Shown here: in pieces, positions 1 through 12,853 of the stretch
How the letters are laid out: each line of letters begins with the position of its first letter
Numbering within the stretch: the first letter of the stretch is position 1
Source: Chiloscyllium plagiosum
Taxonomy: Eukaryota
DNA length: 64,000 nt
Direction: 5' to 3'
Assembly (NCBI RefSeq): GCF_004010195.1
Contig: NC_057719.1
Location: 93,625,510 to 93,689,509 of the forward strand
Translations under genes and position numbers: made by a program
The notes under the pieces: model-generated
What the model was told of the DNA's origin: nothing
The model's database searches: none
Seen by the model: only the letters and a program-made list of their open reading frames with translations

Positions 1-688
1 AACGTTGACCATAACATGATGAAATTGGCCGAGATCACAAACAGTAAAATTATGGATTTTTTTCGGTTTCTCATTTCAGTGTCAGACTGAGCGTCCCCAT
101 TGGTGTGAGCGCGGAGTCTCCTGCGGGCTCTGCTGGTCACGAAAATGTGTCTGACGGTGAGAACATTGAGCAGCAGAATCAGGAGAAATGGGACACACGG
201 GGTTAGAATGTGATAGAGGGACTCGATTGTGACCCAGACACTGGAGAATCGAACAGCGAATGTTACATCACAAAACCAGGGGATGTTCCCCAGCCAATAC
301 CGAGCCGTGAGAATAAAATACCAGAAAATGTTCTTTAAACAGCTCAGCACAGTCACTGCTCCCAGAACCACAGCCGCCGTCTTCTCACTGCAATATTTAC
401 TTTTCAGCTTCTGGCAACAAATGGCCACAAACCGATCAAAGGTGAAAGTGACTGTGAACCAGACAGAACAGTCAGTGGCTGCATAAAGCAGGACGGCGTG
501 GATATTACACACGCGGACGGAGTATAGGAAATAAAACTGTTCCCGATAAACAATGGGAATGTGTCTCAGTACCAGGTCGAAGACAATGACCAGGAGATCC
601 GCCGCTGCCATGGCCCCCAGGTAACGTCTGACACATGGAGATAATCCACAATCTTTATAAAGCAGGACGTAGATGGTCACGACGTTAA
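1..688 (-). CDS. Exon 2 (partial, runs off window edge) of a GPR139/GPR142-like class A GPCR; second half of TM1 to start of TM6
   Basis: Manual translation is stop-free: (V)NVVTIYVLLYKDCGLSPCVRRYLGAMAAADLLVIVFDLVLRHIP...VCNIHAVLLYAATDCSVWFTVTFTFDRFVAICCQKLKSKYCSEKTAAVVLGAVTVLSCLKNIFWYF...PWFCDV...ILTPCVPFLLILLLNVLTVRHIFVTSRARRRLR...EMRNRKKSIILLFVISANFIMLWST. Has N1.50, AAAD (D2.50), DRF for DRY, P5.50. Acceptor tttgccttcctcacAG at 689-690. Confidence 0.93.
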
Positions 689-1498
689 CTGTGAGGAAGG
701 CAAACAAACCCATTATCCATCAGCGTCGAGGCAAAGGGACCCGTTTGATTGGGGACCCAGTGGGATTTTCAAATGTGTCCCTGTATTCAGGGAGTTATTA
801 AAATAATTGGAGTAAAAATAACAAATGGGAAGGTCAGAATTACTGTCAAAAATGTGACATAAACCACATGAAACCCTCCCTCCCCAACACACAGAGACAC
901 ATCCATAAGGACAGACGGTTGCTAGAACATGCCCACACACTCGATCTCTCGAGAGCAGACACAGGTCACTCCTTCCCAGTTCCTAATACAGAAGGTGGAA
1001 ACATTGCTGTCCTGAAGGATTCTCTCCCAGTTTCCTGAAGACAAACGGAGTTTGGAAATTTCTGTATTTTCGTCTAAATTGTGTTCGATCCTGTGTCGTG
1101 AAGAAATGTAAATGAAGAGAAAAGGTATTCACCCCTTTAACTGCCTGAGGGGCCTTTGGAACGGTGTTTCCTTCTTATCGTTTGTTCATTTCACTGACGT
1201 CCGGCCGTTCACAAATAATGTCAGGGATAGAACGTTCCGGGGAATGTCAGGTGTAGAATGTCGGGGACAGAAAGCTCCGGGGATCTCCTTGACCTGTCCA
1301 TCACTTTTCCCCCCTACCCATCCCACCAACATAATGTACTGTGCCTGGGAACACTGTAACGTTAATAGCGTGAGAGACAGAGGGTCTAATCACAGGTATG
1401 GGAAAGAAAGGCATTGCCAGATCAGTTGAAATGGTTAGCTATATCACATTCTCAACCCACCTCACAGAACCAGCCCAATCGCCATAAATTCAGGAGAT

Positions 1499-2260
1499 AT
1501 ATCTGTTCACCGTGGAACACTGTGTAGACCGGCTCAGTGTACTGCTCAGTATAACCCAGCAATCTGCTCAGATTCATCCATTGCACTGGTCAATACAATC
1601 CAGCAATCTTTCCAGAGTGAAATACTGCACAGATCATATCAGAACACTTATCTTCAAACACAGACGAGACAGCTGTCCAGTACGGGTAGCCGGGAGAGAG
1701 ATAGAAAAGCTGCAGATGCTGGAATCCAAAGTTGACAGGCAGAAAGCTGGGAGAACACAGAAAGCCAGGCATCATCAGGAGGTGGAGAAGTCGACATTCC
1801 GGGTGTAAACCTTCTGCAAGAATCCTGAAGGAGCGCTACACCCGAAACATCCAATTCCACACTTCCTGATGATGCCTGGCTAGCTGTGTTCCTCCAGCAA
1901 GTATTCAGCATGAAGCAGTGCAGACCACAGCAGTGCATTGATCTATAATCCCGGACCAGATATCTGTTCAGCACGGGGAGCTGTGCAGACCACAGCGGAG
2001 TACTAATGTGTAAACCTGAAACAAATATCAATCCAGCATTAGGAGCTACACAAACCACATCATTGCGTTATCTATAAACCTCAAACAGATAATCTGACCA
2101 GCACAGGGAACTGTGCAGTGATCACCCGTGAATTAATCTGTAACCCAGGAGCAGTTATCCTCCCAGCATGTTGGACTGTGCACCCCATCCCAGTGCATTG
2201 CTCAGTAACATTGTGTTAGATCCCTGCCCAGTGTGGGGAAACTTGCAGCCCATGCTGGAA
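1499..2260. repeat. Degenerate 65-bp tandem array
   Basis: Unit starts at 1961, 2026, 2091, 2156, 2221 (tatctg..cagcac.ggga.ctgtgcaga...); looser units 1499-1690; interrupted by the 1700-1898 element. Confidence 0.75.
1700..1898. mobile_element. Palindromic non-autonomous Penelope-terminus element with decayed hammerhead motifs
   Basis: Inverted arms ~1746-1820/1821-1898 (gccaggcatcatcagga / tcctgatgatgcctggc); CTGAAGGA...CCCGAAACATC remnant. Confidence 0.7.
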
Positions 2261-2389
2261 GTGACAGGATGTGCTTCTCCCATCAATTTCCAGCTCCCTA
2301 TCTCCATTGGGCCATGACAAGGGGGTGCTGTGGGTGAGAACATCACTGCCAGAGAGAGATGTTGAGGGAATCAGTTTAAATATCACCAC

Positions 2390-2857
2390 ATTGGAGGGGT
2401 TTGGGAAAGAGACAGAGAGGGGGAGACTGAGAGACAGTCTCATGGAAGGATGTGTTCCCAGGTTTCAGAATGCTGAAATGTAGACACTTTGATAGCATCC
2501 TGTAACATGAGCCAGCCGTTCCAGGAAAGATGGGAAAAGGGTCAGATGAAACAATAGCTGCTGTGTGGTTTTGAAACTAAGTTTATGTAACTTTAAAAAG
2601 TATCTTTCTCAAACAGTATATTGCTATAGAGTTGGAGTCGGGTAATAACTGGTTAAGAGAAAGTGGGTCTCAGAGTTGTGAATAGTTCATGTAAAATGTT
2701 CACTTTCAGAGTGAAAAAATAAATTGAAGTTTTTATTTAAACAGTGGAATTTGGAAGTTCTGTATCACTCATGTTAAGTTTTAAGTTTATGAGGTAAATT
2801 GAGCATTTCTTTATGTTTAGTTTAAATTACAAGATGAGCTCAATGCCGTGGCCTAAC
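2390..2857 (+). mobile_element. Gypsy LTR fragment (family of the 16000 and 22431 LTRs)
   Basis: 2736-2830 resembles the reverse complement of 16020-16112; ends TAACA. Confidence 0.55.
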
Positions 2858-3019
2858 ATTTCCCATGTGTATATCTGTGTGTCTCTGAGTGGGGCAGGTC
2901 TGACAGTCTCTGTGGTGTTTAAAGTGATGCAATGCCACCCTTTGCCGGCCTCCCCACGCCACTGCACAGGCATTGGCAGAGGGTGAAAACCAACAGGAAT
3001 TCATTCAGAGAGGGGGAGG

Positions 3020-3900
3020 GAGAGAGCATCTGCTCACAGCACCATCCAAACTGATGTCTTATCCATGGACTGATCTAAATGTCCTGTAAACGTTGTAACT
3101 GCCCCTGTTTTCACCACTTCCTCTGGAAGTTCACTCCACACATAAGCCAGCTTATGTCTAACATAATTACCTCACATGACTTATTTCATCTTTTTCCTTG
3201 CACCTTAAAATGTCCCTCAGTTTTGAATCCCCAACTCTACGGAAAAGACGTCACACCTTCAGTTTTTTCTGTACCCCTTATGATTTTATAAACTACTGTA
3301 AATTTACCCCTCAATCTCATACTCCCCAGTGAAAAATGCCCCAGCCTATCCAGCCTCTCCTTATAGCTCACTCCCTCCATTCCCAACAACATCCAGGTTA
3401 ATCTCTTCTGAACCCTCTCCAGCTTAATAATATCAAGGTCAATAATATCAAAGTGAATAGTCAAGGTATTTTCTAAGGGTGGGGGAGTCCACAACTAGAG
3501 GACATAGGTTTAAGGTGAGAGGAGAAACATTTAAAAGTTACCTAAGGGGCAGTGTTTTCACACAGAGGTTTGGTGTGCCGATGGAATGAGCGGGCAGGAT
3601 GACCAGACTGGACACAGTATTCAAGAAGAGGTCTCACTAATGTCCTATACAGCCTCAACGTGACGTCCCAATTCCGATACTCAAAGGTCTGACTAATGAA
3701 GGCGTGTGCTAAACACCTTCTTAACCACACTAACTGTATGAGATGCAAATTTTAAAGAATTATACCTGGCGGCCGAGGTCGCTCTTCTACAACACTGCCA
3801 AACGACCTACTTTTAATTATATAGGTCCTGCTCTTGTTTGATTGACCAAATCCAATACCTCGCATTAATCCAAACTAAACTCCATCTGCCACCCCTCAGC
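3020..3900 (-). mobile_element. CR1/HER1 LINE 3' fragments, rearranged with a short + strand piece
   Basis: LERVQKRLTWML.GMEG.SYKERLDRLG and LYRTLVRPLLEYCVQ motifs. Confidence 0.85.
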
Positions 3901-4296
3901 CCAGTGTAATATATTAATTCCATCTCCCCCTCCCCCTTCAATTTAAAACGTCCTCCCCTTCTCCAGGCGGCCTACACTCTCTGGCCTTGATTTTCACAAA
4001 GACCCTGAGCTTGATTTGCCTTGTGCGGTTTGGAGGAGAAGGGACACATTGCAGACACAGTCAGTGGGGACGAGAGGCTGGACAGTAATCAGCGGCCTGG
4101 TATATTTTCATGGTTTTAGGAAGAGGGCAGTCGCACGTTCGAGTTGGGTAATACTAAACGTTTTTTTCGGGGTCAGAAATTAAGCTCTCCCTTCGTCTCT
4201 GGTATTGAATAATAAATATATATTTTAGACCTTTCATTGGGCAGAGTGTGTCTGCAGGATTTCTTTCCATAATATTGTAGACTACAGATAATAGTT

Positions 4297-6003
4297 ATAG
4301 ATGTAGGTTTGCTCACTGAGTTGAAAGGATAATTTCCAGACGTTTCATTGCCTTACTAGCTAATACCTTCAGTGGAGGATGGATCCAATACACCACGCTT
4401 CTGTGGATTACCCAAAATTCACAAACGAGGATCCCCCCCCTCAGACCCATAGTCTCACTACCTGGATCGCCAACTTACAGATTGGCCAAGGAGCTACAGC
4501 AAAGACTAAGACACTTAGTAGAAGGTTCACGCCACTGCATCCACTCCACCCAAGAATTCCTGAGGACCATTAACGACACTAAGATAGAAGAGGATGAAAT
4601 ACTGGTCTCCTTTGATGTAACAGCCCTGTTTACATCAATCAACATTAACCTGGCCAAGGAATCACTGACTACACTATTAGAAGACCCAAAGACACAGACA
4701 CCAAACACCACTAACTTCATCAACGAGAATATCATCAAGCAGTTGACCTATGCCTTACCACACGCTTGATCTTCAACAACAAAACTTACAGACAAACCAA
4801 TGGAACACCCATGGGATCTCCAATATTGGGGTTCTTAGTAGAGGCAGTAATGAAGAGACTTGAGCAAACAGCTCTGCCAACCATCAACCCAAACTCTGGG
4901 TCCACTACGTGGATGACACCTTTGTCATCACTAAACGAAACAAGTTAGAAAAAACTTTCAAGAGCATTAATAATACCCTTACTGGCATAAATTTCACTAA
5001 AGTGGAGGAAAACAACAACAAACTGCCATTCCTAGATGTCAATAGAGTGAACAGCCAATGGGGGACTTCAAACCAGCGTCTACAGAAAAAACAACACATA
5101 TGGACCACATATTGAACTACAGAAGCAATCGTCGCAACACCCACAAACGAAGTTGCATCAGAACATTATTTCAATGAGTCAACATACACTGCAGCATAAA
5201 GGTACTACACAGAGCAGAGGAAAATCACCTATACTGTGTATTCAAAAAGAATGGCTACCCAATGAACACAGTCCGCCAATTTCTCAGCAACATACCCAAA
5301 CAAGCAGACAAAACACGCCCAGAAACCCTAGCCACTCTCCCCTATATCAAAGACATCTCAGAAATGAATGCCAGACGACTCAGACCCCTTGGCATCATTG
5401 TAGCCCACAAACACACCAACACACTAAAACAGCAGCTAATGAATTTGAAACATCCTATACAGACAATGAGCAAAACTAACGTCATTTACAAAATACCGTG
5501 CTAGTACTGTAACAATCAATACATTGGACAAACAGGCAGAAAATTAGGATACATGAACACCAACTAGCCACAAAATGATATGACCGTCTCTAACTAGTAT
5601 CCTCACATAAAGATTAAGGAGGTCACCACTTCGACTGGGACAATACATCCATCCAAGGACAAGGCAAACAAAGACATGCACGAGAATTCCTAGAAACATG
5701 CCATTCCAACCAGAACTCTATCACTAAACACATCGAGTTAGGCCCCATCAACCACCTGTTGAGAAAAGGAACAGGAAGTGACTTCACCACAGGAAATAAT
5801 ATCATCAAAGGAAAATGACATCACCTACTCTAAGAAACCCAAACATATAAATAGAAAGCAGGAAGTTTCAGCATTGCTTTGCATAAAGTCCACTGAAGAT
5901 GTTACCTTGTAATGTAATGAAACGTCTCGAAATGAACTTTTCAGCTCAGCGAGCAAACCTACATCCAAATCCTCAACCTGAGCTACAAATATTCTCAAAA
6001 CTT
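4297..6003 (+). mobile_element. Penelope-like element (Poseidon type), frameshifted RT + GIY-YIG, inverted terminal repeats
   Basis: LVSFDVTALFT, GTPMGSP, YVDDTF, LPFLDV, NVIYKIPC...YIGQT; inverted repeats 4297-4376 / 5889-5966. Confidence 0.9.
5889..5930 (+). ncRNA. Minimal type I hammerhead ribozyme motif in Penelope terminal repeat
   Basis: UCCA-CUGAAGA-U-GUUAC/GUAAU-GAAA-CGUC-UCGA. Inverted copy at ~4335-4376 has perfect UCCA/UGGA stem I but a mutated core. Confidence 0.65.
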
Positions 6004-6166
6004 ACTATGCTCATAGTTAATTTCGATGGCACAATACATGCACTCAACATCCTCCAATTGAGACAAATATCTTGCACTTGTTTAACAATACAAAATGTTT
6101 TCTATAGCTCAGTCATGGTAACCTGATAAAACCACACCGAGCTGAAAGCTGGCACTTAAAATATGA

Positions 6167-6283
6167 GGAGACAGTGAGGTCTGCAGATGCTGGAGATCAG
6201 AGCTTCTAGAAGGGCTTATGCCCGAAACGTCGATTCTCCTGTTCCCTGGATGCTGTCTGACCTGCTGCGCTGTTCCAGCAACA
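6167..6283. mobile_element. Short non-autonomous Penelope-terminus element
   Basis: GGGCTTATGCCCGAAACGTC half-hammerhead; 14-bp TSD cactta(a/g)aatatga at 6153-6166 / 6284-6297. Confidence 0.8.
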
Positions 6284-6307
6284 CACTTAGAATATGACCT
6301 AAAATCT

Positions 6308-6610
6308 GGGTATGGTAGTGTAGTGGGTAGTGTCCCTTTCTCTGAGCCAGACCTCTAGATTTGATTTCAATTCCTGAATTTGTATAATAGTGTTCCTAGC
6401 TCTGGACTAGAAGGTCTGGATCCAAGTCCTGCCTGTTGCAGGGTTTTGTCACAGCATGTCAGAACAGGCTGATGAGCAATCACACAGGAGAATAATGTTA
6501 CAGCTTTATTGGTATTGCTGAGTGGTACTAGTGTCCCTACTTCCGGGCACAAAGGTCTAGGTGTAAACCCCACAGAAGTGTTTCATGATACATCTGAACA
6601 AACTGATTAA
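6308..6610 (+). mobile_element. Old tRNA-derived SINE heads in tandem
   Basis: Three degenerate tagtgtccct..ctctg.g...aaggtct.g.t units with A/B-box-like spacing. Confidence 0.45.
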
Positions 6611-7349
6611 AATGGATTTAGAATTGTGACCTGATGGAGAACAACGAGGTGTCAGTATTGAATTTCAGAATTTAGGCCCAGGACGACTGAAAGCATAGCT
6701 AATCGTGTTGATTGGAGTAGCATTTCGCAGCAGTAAAGGTTTATAAAATCAGAACGGTCATGGGTAGGGTGAGTAGTCAGGGTTTTTCCACAGGTTAGGG
6801 GCATCCAAAACTAGACGGGATTGTTTGAAAGTGAGAGGGTGGTGTGTGTATGGAATGAGCTGCCAGAGGAAGTGGTGGAGGCTGGTACAACTACAGCATG
6901 TAAAAGGCATCTGGATGCTGTCAGACCTGCCAAGCTTTTCCAGCAATTTCTGTATTTGTTTAAACAATGCATTCATTTTAACACAAGTATTCTGAATGCA
7001 TTAAACATTTTATTTTTTCATGACGCAGGGACATATAAACATATCTTCAAATCGACCCAAACCATTTTTCTGCTAAGCCGTATGGCTCTGTGTGTGCCAG
7101 CAGCAAAGATGCACCAACATGGAGCAGGGAATGTGATGGAGACATAGCTTGGACAATGTACAAGGAAACCTCACATGGTCCAGTTTGGGAGAGAATGACA
7201 TTATTCTATGATTCAAATCAGAGAGGGAGAAAATGTAATCTGCCTGAGAAGGAACGGCCTATTGCTCTCTCCCTGCTTCATTGTTCCTCATCACAGCAAT
7301 GTGCGTGAGCGAAAAAAAACTCTACAGTCATCGTTACCATTCTTATTTT

Positions 7350-7690
7350 TATAGAAATCCTGCAGTGTGGAAACAGACCCTTCGGCCCAACAAGTCCTTA
7401 CCAACCTTCCAAATGGTAACCTTCCCAGACCCATTCCCCTACATTTACCCCTGACTAATGTAACTAACCTAAAAATCCCCGAACACTATGGACAATTTAG
7501 CATGACCAACCAACCTAACCTGCACAGTACTGGACTGTGGGAGGAAACTGGAGCACCCATTGGAAGCTGACGCAGAAAGGGGAGAATGTGCAAATTCCAC
7601 GCAAATAACCGTCCAAGGCTGGAATCGACCCCAAGTCCCTGGTGCTATGAAGCAGCAATGCTAGGCACTGAGCCACTGTGTTACCCTTTG
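7350..7690 (-). mobile_element. HE1/V-type tRNA-derived SINE
   Basis: Minus strand cacagtggctcagtgcctagcattgctgcttcatagcaccagggac head, V-type core, CR1-like tail. Confidence 0.85.
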
Positions 7691-7950
7691 GGCGATCCCT
7701 GACCATCCCTGATCATTGGAATGTCCTCACTGCCTAATGCGAAGAGAATTCAGACAAATCGAACTGTTCCAGGGTGAAATCCCATTGTTAGCAGCTTGTG
7801 TGAGTAGAGTGTCTTCAGAAGCAGAATAACATTTTGGACAATATCTCACTTTTTCCTTTTGTCATGAGTTACACTAATATCTGAGCAAAGTTCTTTCAAC
7901 TTGAAATTTGCAGAGATTTCGTTTATCGTGTGTGTGTGTGTGTGTGTGTG

Positions 7951-8600
7951 ACAGTGCCCTCTTCCAGATCATTTATATATATTACAAACAACAGTAGCCC
8001 CAACACTGACCCCTGTGGAACACCACTGGTCACCTTTCACCATTTCGAGAAACTCCCTTCAACTGCTACTCTCTCTCTCCTGTTTCTCAATCAGTTCTTT
8101 GTCCACCTAGTTAGAATACCCTGCACACTATATGACATCAATTTCTCCATTAGTCTACCATGGGGAACCATATCAAACGTCTTACTAAAGTGCATGTATA
8201 TGACATCAACAGCCCTGCCTTCATCTATTAACTTGGTCACTTCCTCAAAGAACTCTATTAAGTTGGTAAGGCACAATCTCGCCTGCACAAAACCGTGTTG
8301 CCTATCACTGATAACCTCATTCTTTTCTAAATATAAATAGATCCTATCTCTCAGTACGTTCTCCAGCAACTTTCCCACCACTGATGTCAGGCTCACTGGT
8401 CTGTAGTTACCTGGAATATCCCTACTACCCGTCTTGTACAGGGGGACAACATAAGCTACCCTCCAGTCCTCCGACACCTCACCTGTATTTAAGAATGCCA
8501 CAAAGATATCTGTCACGGCACCAGATATTTCCTGTCTCGCCTCCCTCAGCAACCTGGGATAGATCCCATCCGGTCCTGGGGATTTGTCCACCTTAATAAC
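7951..8600 (-). mobile_element. CR1 LINE RT fragment flanked by (TG)n at 7928-7950 and 8622-8659
   Basis: KSPGPDGIYPRLLRE, NYRPVSLTSVVGKLLE, QHGF, DVIYMHFSKTFD. Confidence 0.9.
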
Positions 8601-8619
8601 CTCTGGCCTACCCAACACA

Positions 8620-8660
<41 letters not shown>

Positions 8661-8949
8661 ACCAGTGTTTTTAGGAAGGTTAATATCGTTTCTTTATTTC
8701 CAATATCCAAACTGTTTGCCATATATTGTTCCATCATAGTTTGAGTGACATTGCTCTGGATCATAAACGTGTTACTTCAGATGATTAAAGAAACTAGCCT
8801 GACGTGTTCCTAAATCTGACACTGACCCAGTCTGAGACCGATATCATCGGCCATATCACCAACCTGGTTATATTTAACATTTGTTGTGAGCGGTGGAAGA
8901 GTCGGACTAGAAAAGGAAAGAGTGACCCAAAAAGCAGTCTAATTTTGAC

Positions 8950-10215
8950 AGGTGAGCCTAATGTCAGTGGTGGGTGAGTTGTTGGAGGGGATTCTCAGGG
9001 ACAGGATTTACACACATTTGGTAAGGCAAGGACTTATCAGGGTTGTCAACGTGGCTTTCTGCATGGGAACTCATGCATCATTAATTTGATTGAGTTTTAT
9101 GAAGAGGTGACAAAGAAGACTGATGAAGGCAGTTTGGTAGGCACCGTCTACATGGACCTCAGCAAGGTGTTCACAACATTCCAATTGGTTGACAGATTAG
9201 GAAGTTTCGGTCACATGGGACACGGGGAAGCTAGTCACAATTGGCTTGAAAGAAGAGGGGTATTTTTCAGACTGGAGGCTTGTGAGCAGCAGTGTGCGGC
9301 GAGAGCCAGTACTGCGTTCACTGCATTTCATCATTTATATCAAGGATTTGGATATGAATATCGGAGGCATAGTTAGTAACTTTACAGATGGCATCAGAAA
9401 GGTGATGTAGTAAATTATCTCAGAGTACAACGAGACCACAATTAGATGGGGCAAAGGGGCAAGGAGTGACAGATGAAGTGTAATTTAGATAAGTACGAGG
9501 TTTTGCATTTTCGTAAGGCAAATCAGGGCAGAAATTATATACTTAATGGTAACGTCCTGGGGACTGTTGTGGAACAAAGGGGCTTTGGACTGCAGGTGCA
9601 TTGTTCCTTGAAAGTGGAGTCGCAGGTCGACAGTGTGGTGCTGAACACATTTGGCACATTTGCCTTAATCAGTCAGAGCATTGAGTATAGGAGTGGGGGT
9701 ACAATGTTGCATCTGTGTAGGATACTGGTGAGGCCACTTTAAGAATGCTGCATGCAACTCGGTAGGCTGCAGAAAAGACTTGCACGGATGGTGCAAGACT
9801 GAAGGATTTGAATTTTGAGGAGAGGCTGGTTAGGTTGAGGTGTTTCCCCCGGAATGCCAAAGGCTGAGGGGGAACATTATAGAGCTTTATAAAATCATCA
9901 GGGGCATGAATATTCTGAACAGCTATGTTCTGTTTCACGGGATCGGGGAGTCCAGAACAAGAGGCCATCAGTTGGAGGGGAGAGGGCGAATGATTTAGAA
10001 GAGACCTTAGGGTAAATGTTTTATACAGAGAGTGGCGTGTGTACGGAAAGTGCTGCCAGAGGAAGTGGTGAAGGCGGTTACAATCGCACATTTAAAAAGT
10101 AACTGAAAGAGGAGGGATATTGGCCAAATGCTGGCAAATGGGACTGATTCAGACTTGATATCTGATCGGAGGGAACAGATTGGACAAACGGGTCTGTTTC
10201 CGTTCTGCATGACTC
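8950..10215 (+). mobile_element. Degenerate CR1 LINE 3' portion
   Basis: IEFYEEVTK, VYMDLSK, KYEVLHF, SIEYRS motifs and CR1 3' tail. Confidence 0.85.
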
Positions 10216-11003
10216 TCTGAGTCTGTAAGAAGGATGACGAATAATTTTGACATGACTTTTCACGTCGAAATACTGTTCACTGGAAGTTTATCATGCCTCT
10301 ATGTTCACATTGATTGAAAACTGCGTTTGTTAAATATTTGACAGAGAAGTGAGTAACGCATAATGGGACGCAGACAGAAAAGTGGGCTGAGACCACAACC
10401 TGATCAGCCACAATCTTAGTGCGTGGTGGAGAAGGGTCAAAGTCTCTAATGACCCACTCCTGTTCCTCAATCCCATGTTTCTGTGTTCCATTCAGCCCCT
10501 CAAATCTGCTAGTCGGGAGCAGTTGGAGACTACTTACTCCTATAATCTGGTGCACAGTAAAAGAGAAGACCATTCAGCCCCTCAGTACTGTCACACAAGC
10601 TTTGAGGTGATTTGTGAAATGTAGTTGGAAAACACAGGCTGGGTATGAAAGAGACCCCTCATCTCTCTTCATAGAGCTTCCACTCTCTGCAACTTGTGCT
10701 CCATTTGTTGGTCATGTTGTAGACCCAGATTTACTGTGAATACAGCCCACAAACCTCACACAGAGTTTGCTCAAAAAATCCATTGGTCTCCCTGCTTGCA
10801 ATATGCAATAACAGAACATTCATGAAAATAACACCCACTAACTTTCCAATAACAGAATGGGAGAACATCAGAAACGAGCAGGTCATTCAACCCCAAGCCT
10901 GCCTTGCCTTCACTAAGATCATGACTGATCTGCTCTTGGTCTCAAATCCTCTTTCATACCCATTTCTTCATTGCCCTCAACTCTCTGACAGGTCAATTTC
11001 CAT

Positions 11004-12140
11004 TTAACAAAATTAGGGCGCATGGTATTGGGGGCAAAGTACTAACTTGGATTGCAAGTTGGTTGTTTGATAGTAAGCAAAGAGTAGTGATAAACGGCTC
11101 CATTTCGGAATGGCAGGCAGTGATCAGTGGGGTACCGCAGGGATCAGTTCTGGGACTGCAGCTTTTTGCAATATATATTAATGATATAGAAGATAGTATT
11201 AGTAATAACATTAGCAAATTTGCTGATGATACTAAGCTGAGGTGAAATGTGAGGAAGATGTTAGGAGATTACAGGGTGACCTGGACAGGTTAGGTGAGTG
11301 GTCAGATGCATGGCAGATGCAGTTTAATGTGGATAAATGTATGTTTATCCACATTTGTGGCAAGAACAGGAAGGCAGATTACTATCTAAATGGAATCAAT
11401 TTAGGTAAAGGGGCAATACAAAGAGATCTGGGTGTTCTTGTATACCAATCAATGAAGGTAAGTATGCAGGTACAGCAGGTAGTGAAGAAGGCTAATAGTA
11501 TGCTGTCCTTCATAACAAGAGGGATTGAGTATAGAAGCAAAGAGGTTGTTCTGCAGCTGTACAGGGCCCTGTTGAGACCACACATGGAGTATTGTTTGCA
11601 GTTCTTGTCTCCAAATTTGAGGAAAGACATTCTGGCTATTGAGAGAGTGCAGTGTAGGCTCACGAGGTCAATTACTGGAATGGTGGGATTACCTTACGCT
11701 GAAAGACTGGAGCGACTGGGCTTGCATACCCTTGTGTTTAGAAGACTGAGTGGGAATCTGATTGAGACATATAAGATTATTAAAGGATTGGACACTCTGG
11801 AGGCAGGAAATATGTTTCCACTGATGGGTGAGTGCCGAACCAAAGGACACAGCTTAAAAATACGGAGTAGACCATTTAGGACAGAGATGAGGAGAAACAT
11901 CTTCACCCAGAGAGTGGTTGCTGTGTGGGAATGCTCTGCCCCAGAGGGCAGTGGAAGCCCAGTCTCTGGATTCATTTAAGAAAGAGTTGGATAGAGCTCT
12001 CAAGGATAGTGGAATCAAGGGTTATGGAGATAAGGCAGGAACAGGATACTGATTAAAGATGATCAGTCATGATTATATTGAATGGTGGTGCAGGTTCGAA
12101 GAGCAGAATGGCCTACTCCTGCACCTATTGTATATTGTCT
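11004..12140 (+). mobile_element. Relatively young 5'-truncated CR1 LINE
   Basis: [41 protein letters not shown]; tail gaatggcctactcctgcacctattgtat. Confidence 0.92.
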
Positions 12141-12853
12141 ATTATCTACCTCCTCTTCAAATACTTTCAGTCATCTCGTTCCCCGAACACTCTTGAGAAC
12201 CGAAATCCTAACATTCAATACCCGATGTTTGAGGAAAACACTTGCTGCTCCTATATCATGACCTATTGATATGAACAAAAGAGGTTGGCTCAAGGGTTCA
12301 AGTAACTGGCACTGATATCAAGGCAGTGGTTGCCTTCTGTTGACAGCAAGGAGCTTAACAAATCTGGACTTAATGGGAATCAGAGTAAACTCTCCAGTTT
12401 TTCGAGTCAAACATGGCACAAAGGAAGATGTTCATCATCTCAGTCCTGGGTCACCTCTGTGCGAGATCCTCAGGGTAGCTTTCTCTTCACGAACAGGTTC
12501 AGCTGCGTTATCAATGTCTTCCCGCTCCCAACCATAAGATCAGAATGTGGGGATGGTCACTGAAGATTCCACAATGTTCAGAGCGTTTTGTCCCCTGTCA
12601 GCTCCTGAACTGGTCTGTGTCCATGTGCAGCAAGACCCAGACATCACTCAGGTTTGTTCTGTTAAAGTGTCTGTAACATTCATGTAATAGCCTGGCACTG
12701 CACATTGACACAGGAAAACGAGAGTTCATTCAGCACCTCACGCTGGTTTCACTGAATATGAGGAAATCATTCAGCCATTGACACTATTGGAGAAGAACAG
12801 GGACAGCCCATTCAGTGCCTCCAGCCTATTGCTCAGGAAGAGAATGAGTCTAG

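Noticed and set aside
229..486. Plus-strand 85-aa ORF
   Set aside because: Antisense shadow of GPCR exon 2.
11063..11979. 245-aa ORF as a host gene
   Set aside because: CR1 RT C-terminus, 5'-truncated and frameshifted.
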